Sequence record: AP018399.1
Reading direction: 5' to 3' (one strand)
Length of the DNA: 64,000 nt
This document shows, piece by piece, positions 28,407-36,176 of this stretch. The first letter of the stretch is position 1; each line of letters opens with the position of its first letter. Both the position numbers and the translations under genes were made by a program. The notes beneath the pieces are model-generated. The model was not told the origin of the DNA. It saw only the letters and a list, made by a program, of their open reading frames with translations, and made no database searches.

Positions 28407-28515
28407 GGGAATGTAGCTCAGAGGACAGAGCGCAGGGCGAGGAAGGGACTGGTTTTCCACCAGTAAACCCATCCAATCTCAGAAGTCAGTGGTTCGAATC
28501 CATTCATTCCCACCA
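28407..28515 (+). ncRNA. tRNA-like RNA with 50-nt expanded anticodon arm
   Basis: perfect acceptor GGGAATG/CATTCCC-ACCA, normal D and T arms. Confidence 0.75.
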
Positions 28516-28552
28516 TTTTCGCAACACAATTGCACAGACACTAAATACCGTT

Positions 28553-28594
28553 ATGAACAAACCATATTACAAACGATATTACGCCAAAGCCTAA
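28553..28594 (+). CDS. 13-aa Tyr/Lys-rich micro-ORF (putative leader peptide)
   Basis: MNKPYYKRYYAKA, 5 nt after CTAAATA. Confidence 0.35.
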   Translation: MNKPYYKRYYAKA

Positions 28595-28687
28595 CAGGGC
28601 CGTATACGTTTGTGTGCGGTTCTGCAACGGAACCGTAGTACAGTGGTTATCTGATTCATAAATTCCCCTTAGTTTTACAAACAATTT

Positions 28688-28776
28688 GGACTCGTTCCCA
28701 TAGCTGGCCGAATGGAGCGGACTCTTAATCCGACAGCGAAAGCTCATCGTAGGTTCGAATCCTACCGGGTCCACCA
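28688..28776 (+). tRNA. tRNA-Lys(CTT) with long variable arm
   Basis: acceptor GGACTCG/CGGGTCC, loop CT-CTT-AA, canonical T arm, ACCA. Confidence 0.8.
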
Positions 28777-28816
28777 AATTTTACGCACTGGCGCTTGCGC
28801 CGTGTGACACGTCTAA

Positions 28817-28893
28817 GGGACGGTAGCTCAACGGTCTAGAGCAATCGGCTTTTAACCGATAGGTTGTGGGTTCGAATCCCACCCGTCTCACCA
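28817..28893 (+). tRNA. tRNA-Lys(TTT)
   Basis: canonical cloverleaf. Confidence 0.95.
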
Positions 28894-28898
28894 ACAAC

Positions 28899-28985
28899 GG
28901 ATAGGTATGCAAGCGGTCAACGCAATCGGATTGTAAATCCGCCGCCTTAAGGGCTTCGAAGGTTCGAATCCTTCTCTATCCACCA
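28899..28985 (+). tRNA. tRNA-Tyr(GTA)
   Basis: canonical class II cloverleaf. Confidence 0.95.
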
Positions 28986-28989
28986 ATTT

Positions 28990-29061
28990 GGGCTTCACAA
29001 TCTATAGTGAGAACGCCGTAACTCGGCGCAGTCGGCGACTAGGTATCGCCAAAGTCCACCA
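28990..29061 (+). ncRNA. 72-nt cloverleaf with non-canonical loops, ACCA end
   Basis: GGGCTT/AAGTCC-ACCA; CGCCG-TAACT-CGGCG; GGCGA-CTAGGTA-TCGCC. Confidence 0.6.
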
Positions 29062-29066
29062 TCTTC

Positions 29067-29166
29067 GTCAACTAGTAGCTTAATAGGAAAGCGGCCGGGA
29101 GCGCCCGGTAATAGCACGAAACCCTTGTGGGTTAGCGATGTGGGCTGCGATACCCACCTAGTTGAC
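29067..29166 (+). ncRNA. 100-nt tRNA-like RNA with 9-bp terminal stem
   Basis: GTCAACTAG/CTAGTTGAC; D-arm-like GCTT-AATAGGA-AAGC; GTGGG/CCCAC T-like arm. Confidence 0.55.
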
Positions 29167-29239
29167 AATCTCTTCATCTTCCCCTACAATTTGCCTCGTT
29201 GTTTTAACCCTTTCATTTTAACCAACCAAGGAAATTACT

Positions 29240-30151
29240 TTGAAGAAGATTTTTACCCTGCTGTTTGCGTCCATCATGGCCCTGAGCCTGTCGGCCTGTC
29301 GTGGTGAACTGGTGGAAGTCCCGCCTGCCCACGTCGGCAAAATCATGACCAAGGACGGCTACCGCGAAGGCGTCATCGGTACCTCCAAGTTCCGCCTCGA
29401 CGTGTGCTACAACTACTGCGACAAGCTGGTTCTGCTGCCGGTCGCTGACCAAGCGAACATCGAAACCCTCGACATTTTCATGCCGCAGGACAAGCTCAAG
29501 CTCAAGGTCACCATCCGCACCAACCTGACCATCACCGACAAGAAGCAGATGGACTCGCTGTTCAACAGCGTTGCTCCTACCGAGTCGGAAGAGAGCCAGA
29601 AGGTTGCCCGCATCGGCCGCGATATCGTCTACAAGACCTATGCGCAGCAGATTATCCAGACCGAAGCTCGCGAATACCTGAGCCAGTTCACCATCGCCGA
29701 AGTCGCAAGTTCGATGGAGAAGGTGAATGCTGACCTGTCGGCCCGTCTGTCGAAGGCCATCAAGGAACGCACCCCGTTCAACGTTCGCTACGTCGGCATC
29801 ACTGGTATCGAATACCCGGCCATCATCACCGAAGCGCAGGAAAATGCTGCGAAGCGTCGTGAAATGATTGAGCAGGAAAATGCGCAGAAGCAGGTTGACC
29901 AAGTGAAGCTGGAACGCCAGTTGAACGAAGCTCAGTTGCAGCGCAAGATTGACGTGGAAAAGGCGGAAGCCGATGCCGAAGCTGACCGCATTCGTGCCGT
30001 CGCTGCCAACAACCCGGCCGTCATCAAGCTGCGTGAACTGGAAAATGAGCGTGCATGGATTGACGCTTGGAAGGCTGGTGGTTCGCAAGTCCCAAGCGTC
30101 GTGACCGGTGAGCAGGGCAGTAACTTCCTGATGCAGATGCCGAAGAAGTAA
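29240..30151 (+). CDS. SPFH/band-7 lipoprotein
   Basis: lipobox LSAC, VPPAHVG, coiled-coil C-terminus. Confidence 0.85.
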   Translation: MKKIFTLLFASIMALSLSACRGELVEVPPAHVGKIMTKDGYREGVIGTSKFRLDVCYNYCDKLVLLPVADQANIETLDIFMPQDKLKLKVTIRTNLTITDKKQMDSLFNSVAPTESEESQKVARIGRDIVYKTYAQQIIQTEAREYLSQFTIAEVASSMEKVNADLSARLSKAIKERTPFNVRYVGITGIEYPAIITEAQENAAKRREMIEQENAQKQVDQVKLERQLNEAQLQRKIDVEKAEADAEADRIRAVAANNPAVIKLRELENERAWIDAWKAGGSQVPSVVTGEQGSNFLMQMPKK

Positions 30152-30258
30152 TCCCGCACAGGGGAATGCAGAAAAGGGAGCCGAAAGGTTCCCTTTTTTG
30201 TTGACACAAGTTCTACATCTGGTATAATTCCCTCATCATCAACGGAGAAGTTCAACAC

Positions 30259-30678
30259 ATGGTTCTGTTCCTCAATTACCTGCCGTACCTCATCATCGCT
30301 CTGGGTCTGTTCCTCTGCTACCGTGCCAGCGTCAAGCACAAGGGCACCGACAAGGTTGGCAAGAGAATCGTCCTCTGGCTGGCCCTGACCATCGTCGCTC
30401 TCATCGCCCTGCGTGCAGTGAGCAATGGATATCTCGGCAAGGCTGTCGGTGCGAAGCTGGAAACCCCGACCGTGGAAGAACTGGCTACCGAAGCCGAAGA
30501 AGCCGCCCCCATCAAGGACGTGCTGCGCAAGCCTGACCGAACGGCCGAAGAGTCCGACAAGCACTTCGCTGCTCTGACCGACTGGCGAGCCGACAAGGCA
30601 GCGCGGGAGAACCCGCCGAAGCCGGAACCGGAAGCCACTACGGAAACGCAGGAACTTCCACTCCCCGCCAAGCAGTAA
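30259..30678 (+). CDS. membrane protein (2 TM)
   Basis: hydrophobic N-terminus. Confidence 0.75.
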   Translation: MVLFLNYLPYLIIALGLFLCYRASVKHKGTDKVGKRIVLWLALTIVALIALRAVSNGYLGKAVGAKLETPTVEELATEAEEAAPIKDVLRKPDRTAEESDKHFAALTDWRADKAARENPPKPEPEATTETQELPLPAKQ

Positions 30679-30762
30679 AAATGAAGAGTCAAGTATCGAA
30701 AGGTACTTGACTCTTTCATTATGAACGGTTATAATTTCGGCCTACTCCAACGGAACACCGAA

Positions 30763-32424
30763 ATGACCGACCAGATTGACGACACCGCCGAACGCATCAA
30801 GAAGCTGCTGATTTCGTTGGTGGAAAGGCTCGGCCCGGATGCTGACCCGGATATGGTCGCCGAGATTCAGATGATGCGTGCGGCCGACATTATCAAGTCG
30901 CACCTGACCGATATCACCAAGGCCCGTACCATCGTGCTGACTGGCGATACGTCGCACCTGTCGGTTCGCAGCATCATCCAGCGCCTTGCGGATATCGACA
31001 AGCCGAAGCGGTACGACTTCCAAGACGACAACGTTCACGAACAGGAATTCCTGCGTGGCCTGCTGCATTGCGTCCCCAGCTACATCATGCGTGGCGACGT
31101 GACCAAGGAACAGGTCATGAATGCCATCGACGGCAAGGAATGGCTGGAACTGCCGGAAGGTCGTGAGTACAAGTGCTACGACTGTGCCCAGCCGCTCAAG
31201 GTGGCGTTCAAGGGCAATGAAGTCCGTATCACTGCCGAGAAGGTGTGCGAACACAATCACACGTTCACCATCGAAGTGGATTTCCCCACGGGTGAAGTCG
31301 TGTTCGATGACTGGCCGGCTCGTTTCTCGGAAGCCCGTGATGCTGGTTTCATCACCGAAACCGATGATGGCGAATCCATCAACTACCTCAAGGGCCAGCG
31401 TCAGAGTACGGACAACTATGCCAGTCAGCAGATTGTCCATCACAGCGTCGGCAACACCTGTCCCACGTTCTTTGTGAACAAGGAAACGGGTGCCATCCAG
31501 ATTGGTAGCCGCTGGGATGATGAGCAGGACGAACACGTCACTCCGGAAGGCATGGAGGATGTTGGTTCCTTCTGCACGGACCTGTGGTGGGTGACCATGC
31601 TCGACCGCAAGTTCTACGACACCATCGTGGGCAAGCTGCCGCAGCAGAAGTCGAAGAAGTATTACGACAAGGAACTGCACATCGCGCACATTCCTCCGGG
31701 CCGCTATCGCTTTACCTGCTATGGCCGCACGGAAGAAGACATGGATATGTTCATGACCGGTGAACGTATCGGCGATGCCAGCGATTTCATGCCGCCGTTC
31801 GACGTGCTGGCTTCGAAGCGTCTCATGACTCTGGACGAAGCCACGTTCAAGTACCTGTCGATGTGGGGTAAGCCGCGAGGCAATCCGCTGTCCGCTCGTT
31901 TCCGCTTCCTCGACTACGTGTTCAACACCATCGGCAATGGCCTGCGTTCGAAGGGCGAACTGTTCAACGCTTACAGCATCGCCAATGATGCCGTGGGTGA
32001 TGTGATTCCGCCTTCGGATGACCCGCTGGACAAGAAGAATCCCTATCCGAATTTCAAGAAAGAATACAGCACCATCTACAGCGTACCGCTGAAAGACATG
32101 CCTACGGATTGGCTGGAAGGCGTCTTGTGGTATTACGAAGAATGCAAGACCTACTTCGAAAATGGTGCGGAGGGCTATAGCTATGCCTACCCGTCAAAGC
32201 AAAACCGGGACGACGAACTCGCCAAGCACTTCGAAAAGTATCGCAAGGACGGACAAAGCGAAGAAGAATACTTCGCTGCGGTGTCCAAAGCATACGAATG
32301 TGAATTCCGGGGTGACATTCCGGATTTCCAAACCCGACGCTGGGAAAAGGAAAAGGCTCGCATCCTTGCTTTCATCAGCGACACCATGAAGTACATCAAG
32401 GAAGAGCTTGACACGCGAGGTTGA
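30763..32424 (+). CDS. large hypothetical protein (553 aa)
   Basis: long ORF; start placed after TTGACT-17-TATAAT promoter. Confidence 0.8.
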   Translation: MTDQIDDTAERIKKLLISLVERLGPDADPDMVAEIQMMRAADIIKSHLTDITKARTIVLTGDTSHLSVRSIIQRLADIDKPKRYDFQDDNVHEQEFLRGLLHCVPSYIMRGDVTKEQVMNAIDGKEWLELPEGREYKCYDCAQPLKVAFKGNEVRITAEKVCEHNHTFTIEVDFPTGEVVFDDWPARFSEARDAGFITETDDGESINYLKGQRQSTDNYASQQIVHHSVGNTCPTFFVNKETGAIQIGSRWDDEQDEHVTPEGMEDVGSFCTDLWWVTMLDRKFYDTIVGKLPQQKSKKYYDKELHIAHIPPGRYRFTCYGRTEEDMDMFMTGERIGDASDFMPPFDVLASKRLMTLDEATFKYLSMWGKPRGNPLSARFRFLDYVFNTIGNGLRSKGELFNAYSIANDAVGDVIPPSDDPLDKKNPYPNFKKEYSTIYSVPLKDMPTDWLEGVLWYYEECKTYFENGAEGYSYAYPSKQNRDDELAKHFEKYRKDGQSEEEYFAAVSKAYECEFRGDIPDFQTRRWEKEKARILAFISDTMKYIKEELDTRG

Positions 32425-32441
32425 TGGGTTATAATAAACCC

Positions 32442-32798
32442 ATGACCTACACCGTCCAATACGCAGACAAGAGTCGGCTTCCGACTCTTGTCGCTGCCTA
32501 CCAACTGGTTGACCAAGCTCTCAAGGGCTTGGCAATCACGAAGGATTGCGCGGTTACGCTCAATCGCTTCTACTACGACAATGAATTCTTCCTCTTCAAC
32601 TTCTCCGTGACGTTGAAGGGGACCAAGCCCTGCATGTACCTGCTTTCCATCCCCAATGACAGTGCGATGGGCATGATGGGCTGGACTATCCGCAGCAACA
32701 AGTGGAATGGTCAGCGGGAGCCAATCGACTCGCCTGCGTTGTCATTCGGCCACTTCATCCGCAAGACGGACCACGACAAGAACAAGAAGAAGAAATGA
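32442..32798 (+). CDS. hypothetical protein
   Basis: ORF. Confidence 0.7.
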   Translation: MTYTVQYADKSRLPTLVAAYQLVDQALKGLAITKDCAVTLNRFYYDNEFFLFNFSVTLKGTKPCMYLLSIPNDSAMGMMGWTIRSNKWNGQREPIDSPALSFGHFIRKTDHDKNKKKK

Positions 32799-33037
32799 AC
32801 ATCAACGAATACAAGAAGCGCAAGTTCCGTGAACTCAAGGCCAAGAAGAAGGCATTCGGCTTCGAACTATCGGTGCATGACCCGGCTTCCATCATCGCTG
32901 CCGCCAAGGCAATCGAAATGGCCGAATGGATGGACAAGGGCGTTCTGGTCGAATTCAAGACCGATTACAACGCGCGTGAACTGAAAATCTATACCGATAA
33001 CCCGGCTTTGGCTGGTGAAATGCGTCTTCTGTGTTGA
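32795..33037 (+). CDS. hypothetical protein
   Basis: coupled start. Confidence 0.65.
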   Translation: MNINEYKKRKFRELKAKKKAFGFELSVHDPASIIAAAKAIEMAEWMDKGVLVEFKTDYNARELKIYTDNPALAGEMRLLC

Positions 33038-33069
33038 CAAATCATTGCCAGTATGATTAAATACTGGTA

Positions 33070-33264
33070 ATGACAAACGAAAAAGACATAGCTACAAGGG
33101 TAGCTGAAAAAGAAGCTGAGATTGAACGTTACAAAGAAATCCTCCACCGGTACCTAACCGGACCCTCACGAACCACTCGCTGGTACAACAACGGCAAGGT
33201 TCATCTGGAAGAGCTAGAAGCAGAACTAGCTGAACTCAAAAAAGAACTTGACTCTCCAAGTTAA
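33070..33264 (+). CDS. hypothetical coiled-coil protein
   Basis: ORF track. Confidence 0.6.
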   Translation: MTNEKDIATRVAEKEAEIERYKEILHRYLTGPSRTTRWYNNGKVHLEELEAELAELKKELDSPS

Positions 33265-33304
33265 TCTGCTATAATTACCCAATCTTCCCAACAGGAACAC
33301 TTCA

Positions 33305-33616
33305 ATGCCTTGCAGTGATGGTGGTGTGGCGTATCCCCCGAGCAAAGAAGAACTGGCCGAGCGCGCTTTCATCAAGCGTGCCCCCGGTATGCTCTGCTCG
33401 GCCTGTCGTGCGCTGGAATCGTTCGGCTACGACTTCGACCTGAACCCGGAACTCGCCGACTGGTGGGCCAAGCACAAGGCCGAAGATGCCGAGCGTGAGC
33501 GCAAGGAACACGCCAAGCGACTGGAACTGGAACAGGTGAACGAAATCATCAAGAAGCCGTTCAAGAACCTGACGGCCGAAGAAAAGCGTCTGCTCAAGAA
33601 GCACAACTACCTCTAA
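33305..33616 (+). CDS. phage hypothetical protein
   Basis: MPCSD...LCSAC...WW..HKAED. Confidence 0.75.
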   Translation: MPCSDGGVAYPPSKEELAERAFIKRAPGMLCSACRALESFGYDFDLNPELADWWAKHKAEDAERERKEHAKRLELEQVNEIIKKPFKNLTAEEKRLLKKHNYL

Positions 33617-33625
33617 GGAACCAAC

Positions 33626-34165
33626 ATGAAATACATTCTCCTGATTCTCGCTCTGATGTTCTCGGCTCCGGTCTTCGCACAGCAGACCGAACAGCGCACT
33701 CCGAGCGAACAACTGAACGCTGAAATCGCTCAGATGAGCGATGCACAGAAGGCCGAAGCTCTCAAGGCCATCCATGCCGGTCAGTCCGATACTGCGGCCA
33801 AGGCTCGCGAGTGGATTGATATCGGCAATGGCCTCGGTGCTGGTCTGGCCGCTACCGCTGAAAAGCTGGGCGTGGTTGCCAACGACTTCGCCAAGTCTCC
33901 GGTCGGCAAGCTGGCAATGGTTCTCATCATCTGGAATTACATGGGTGATGACCTGTTGGGCGTCATCATCGGCTTCCCGATGCTGTTCCTCGGTGGCCTG
34001 ATGTTCGTCTACCAGATGCGCAAGACCTATGGCATCTACAACGAAAAGGGCAAGTTCATTCAGTACGACGTGGTTGCTCTGAATGACAGCCGTTGTGGCC
34101 CCGGTGTGTTCATGAGCATCGTGTTCGTCATCTACACCATTGTGTCGATTGTCGTCATCTGCTAA
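33626..34165 (+). CDS. membrane protein with signal peptide
   Basis: signal peptide plus 2-3 TM segments. Confidence 0.8.
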   Translation: MKYILLILALMFSAPVFAQQTEQRTPSEQLNAEIAQMSDAQKAEALKAIHAGQSDTAAKAREWIDIGNGLGAGLAATAEKLGVVANDFAKSPVGKLAMVLIIWNYMGDDLLGVIIGFPMLFLGGLMFVYQMRKTYGIYNEKGKFIQYDVVALNDSRCGPGVFMSIVFVIYTIVSIVVIC

Positions 34166-34171
34166 GATAAC

Positions 34172-34247
34172 GGCCCGTTAGCTCAGCGGTCAGAGCAAGA
34201 GCCTCTAAAACTCCGGGTCGTGGGTTCGAATCCCACACGGGCCACCA
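34172..34247 (+). tRNA. amber suppressor tRNA (CTA), A73
   Basis: loop CT-CTA-AA; acceptor GGCCCGT/ACGGGCC-ACCA. Confidence 0.85.
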
Positions 34248-34254
34248 ATCAAAT

Positions 34255-34330
34255 GCTTTCGTAGCTCAGCGGTCAGAGCAAGAGCCTCTAAAACTCCGGG
34301 TCGTGGGTTCGAATCCCACCGAAAGCGCCA
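34255..34330 (+). tRNA. amber suppressor tRNA (CTA), G73
   Basis: same 58-nt body; acceptor GCTTTCG/CGAAAGC-GCCA. Confidence 0.85.
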
Positions 34331-34370
34331 AGTTGTTGACAAACTCCCATCACTAAATTATACTTGTGCC

Positions 34371-34685
34371 ATGAACGAAATCATCCAGAAGATGTTCCCC
34401 ACTGGCACTCTCAATGGCCGTGGTGGTACCGAAGTGAACGGTCTGACCAAGGGCACGGTTCCGGCTGGTACCATTCTCAAGAGTGGACAGGACAAGTTCG
34501 ACAACAAGGGCCGTCGTGAATTCTACGCGGTCGAACTGGATGGGCATGTCGCGTACCTGCGAGTGTGCGAAGCATATCCGGGTAGTGGCTATGACGAATT
34601 CGCGGTTATACATCGCGTCGTCAAAGCCGAAGAGACGGAAGAAGTGAATGAAATTCTCAACACCGTTTCTCGTATGACCAGCTAA
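34371..34685 (+). CDS. hypothetical protein
   Basis: ORF with promoter. Confidence 0.75.
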   Translation: MNEIIQKMFPTGTLNGRGGTEVNGLTKGTVPAGTILKSGQDKFDNKGRREFYAVELDGHVAYLRVCEAYPGSGYDEFAVIHRVVKAEETEEVNEILNTVSRMTS

Positions 34686-34755
34686 AAAGTAGTTGACAAG
34701 TTCGATTTTTGTAGTAAAGTATCAATCTCGGTGACGGCATAGAGGCCACTCACTG

Positions 34756-34782
34756 GTTCTTTAACAACTTGAGCGGAAACAA
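34756..34782 (+). promoter_or_regulatory. rrn/nut-like boxA plus GCGGAAA hairpin, copy 1
   Basis: GTTCTTTAACAA then CTTG-AGCGGAAA-CAAG; related element at 36313-36347. Confidence 0.55.
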
Positions 34783-34783
34783 G

Positions 34784-34976
34784 TTCATAGACTGAACATG
34801 CCTCGGTAGGTCAGTATGGTGGCAACACCATCTGGGGATGAGGACATGCTAGGAACCAATATGCTTTGGATACGCAGTGGTCGTTCACTAGCCACGACTA
34901 CGGTATACGCTATCAGCACACAATATGCATTGAATGTGCGGCGATTTGAAAGCTAGAGGCGTGTTCAATCTATGAA
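34784..34976 (+). ncRNA. 193-nt structured ncRNA closed by an 18/19-bp stem
   Basis: TTCATAGA-C-TGAACATGCC pairs with GGCGTGTTCA-A-TCTATGAA; internal hairpins. Confidence 0.6.
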
Positions 34977-34980
34977 TTTT

Positions 34981-35105
34981 TGGTAGGTAAGCAAGTGGGC
35001 AACGTAAGACGGCAATGGTGTAGGTATCCGTGAGGTATCAGAGTACGGTTGAGTCTCCCAGAAACCGTTTCAACTTCGTGAGTTCGAATCTCACCCTACC
35101 AGCCA
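34981..35105 (+). ncRNA. 125-nt tRNA-like RNA with large insert in the anticodon region
   Basis: TGGTAGG/CCTACCA-GCCA, canonical T arm, Tyr-like D region. Confidence 0.7.
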
Positions 35106-35112
35106 ATTCTAT

Positions 35113-35177
35113 GCACAGGTTACTTGGAAGCATCCGGTTGCGCACCGTGATGGGTGGTTCGATACCACTTCTGTGCC
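35113..35177 (+). ncRNA. D-arm-reduced tRNA-like RNA (GCG loop), no encoded CCA
   Basis: GCACAGG/TCTGTGC; CGG-TTGCGCA-CCG; GGTGG-TTCGATA-CCACT. Confidence 0.55.
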
Positions 35178-35191
35178 GCGATTCGTATAGT

Positions 35192-35339
35192 ATTCTGATG
35201 GCGAAATAGGTAGACGCGGGGGTCTAGGCCAATATGGAGAAGGGAGCTAAACATTCCCTCTGCTGCTCATGGTCGGAAACTGCTGTGAAAGCGTTGCAGC
35301 AAAACGCTGACCGTGTGGGTTCGACTCCCACTCAGAAAT
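35192..35339 (+). ncRNA. Leu-type tRNA scaffold with ~97-nt core
   Basis: TGGCGAAATAGGTAGACGC D arm, GTGGG-TTCGACT-CCCAC T arm, TTCTGA/TCAGAA acceptor. Confidence 0.65.
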
Positions 35340-35351
35340 TACTATATAACA

Positions 35352-35418
35352 GTATGGTCGTAATCCCTTTAAAATGAAGGGCGTTCGGACGCGGGTTCGA
35401 TTCCCGCCACGTCCACCA
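35352..35418 (+). ncRNA. ssrA: tmRNA acceptor piece (circularly permuted gene)
   Basis: TTCGGAC-GCGGG-TTCGATT-CCCGC-CACGTCC-ACCA; pairs with GGGCGTG at 35533 including G3-U70. Confidence 0.85.
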
Positions 35419-35532
35419 CATGCATCTTATAGCCAGAACTGAATCTGGTAAGAGGTAGTCAGCCACATTGAACCTTTCAGTAGAGCGCTGACCTAAGTCG
35501 CATGTAGTAACCCGCTTTAGGGTGCAAGTGAT

Positions 35533-35760
35533 GGGCGTGCCAAGGTTTCGACGGGCGAAGATAGTGGAGAAGGCGACTAGCCAGAGTAGGCTCTAAAACT
35601 AAAACCTAAAGTAACTGCCAACGCAAATACTTTCGATTACGCACTAGCTGCCTAATCCCAAGCACATCCAGCACTTGGTCACCGAACGCTGGGCAATAGC
35701 AGTCCTTGGACTGTCTATTGTGAAACATCTTCTGGTTCAGCCAGCCTAGGCAAAAGACGC
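35533..35760 (+). ncRNA. ssrA: tmRNA coding piece; tag ANANTFDYALAA* at 35617-35655; 3' end approximate
   Basis: GGGCGTG..AAGGTTTCGACGGG 5' end, PK1 (AGAG/CTCT with TAGG/CCTA), tag ending YALAA. Confidence 0.85.
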
Positions 35761-35762
35761 AT

Positions 35763-35852
35763 GGCGGTATGGCACTCCGCATACAGAGGGTGTATTCACA
35801 ATATGCAGTTCGTTATTGAGAGGAAATGTAGGTTCGATTCCTACGGTCGCCG
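35763..35852 (+). ncRNA. degenerate tRNA-like element
   Basis: canonical T arm GTAGG-TTCGATT-CCTAC, partial acceptor, possible CAC loop, no CCA. Confidence 0.4.
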
Positions 35853-35982
35853 CAGACCCCACTATGCTGGTCTGTGAAAAACAGTCGATATGGGTTAATA
35901 TGGAAAACGCCTCTCATCTTTCAAATAGGAGTTGACAATGAGCATTGTTTTTGCTACTATGTCGGCTTCTGTAACAAGCTAC

Positions 35983-36176
35983 GCCCTTGAGTAAGACAGT
36001 CAGGGAGTAAGCTCTTAATGTGAGCATGGTCGCCCCCACCTTTTGATAGGCTAGCCGGGGAGAGGTTCGAATCCTCTAAGCACCGTTAGGCTGAGACGAA
36101 AGGACTACGTTGCGAAGCATTGCACGCCAATTCCGGAAACGGCTGGTAGTGTTAGCATCCGACTACAAGGGCACCA
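35983..36176 (+). ncRNA. 194-nt RNA with tRNA acceptor stem and ACCA end, internal T arm
   Basis: GCCCTTG/CAAGGGC-ACCA; internal AGAGG-TTCGAAT-CCTCT; own promoter at 35932. Confidence 0.65.

Noticed and set aside
34172-34330. Pyrrolysine tRNA identity for the CUA tRNAs
   Set aside because: Standard D loop, 5-nt variable loop and TTC T loop, unlike tRNA-Pyl; no pyl genes seen
34784-34976. 6S RNA identity
   Set aside because: Interior is multibranched rather than a rod with a central bubble; unconfirmed without a CM search
35853-35894. Small pseudoknot resembling a riboswitch or ribozyme
   Set aside because: Only short helices; no family consensus recognised
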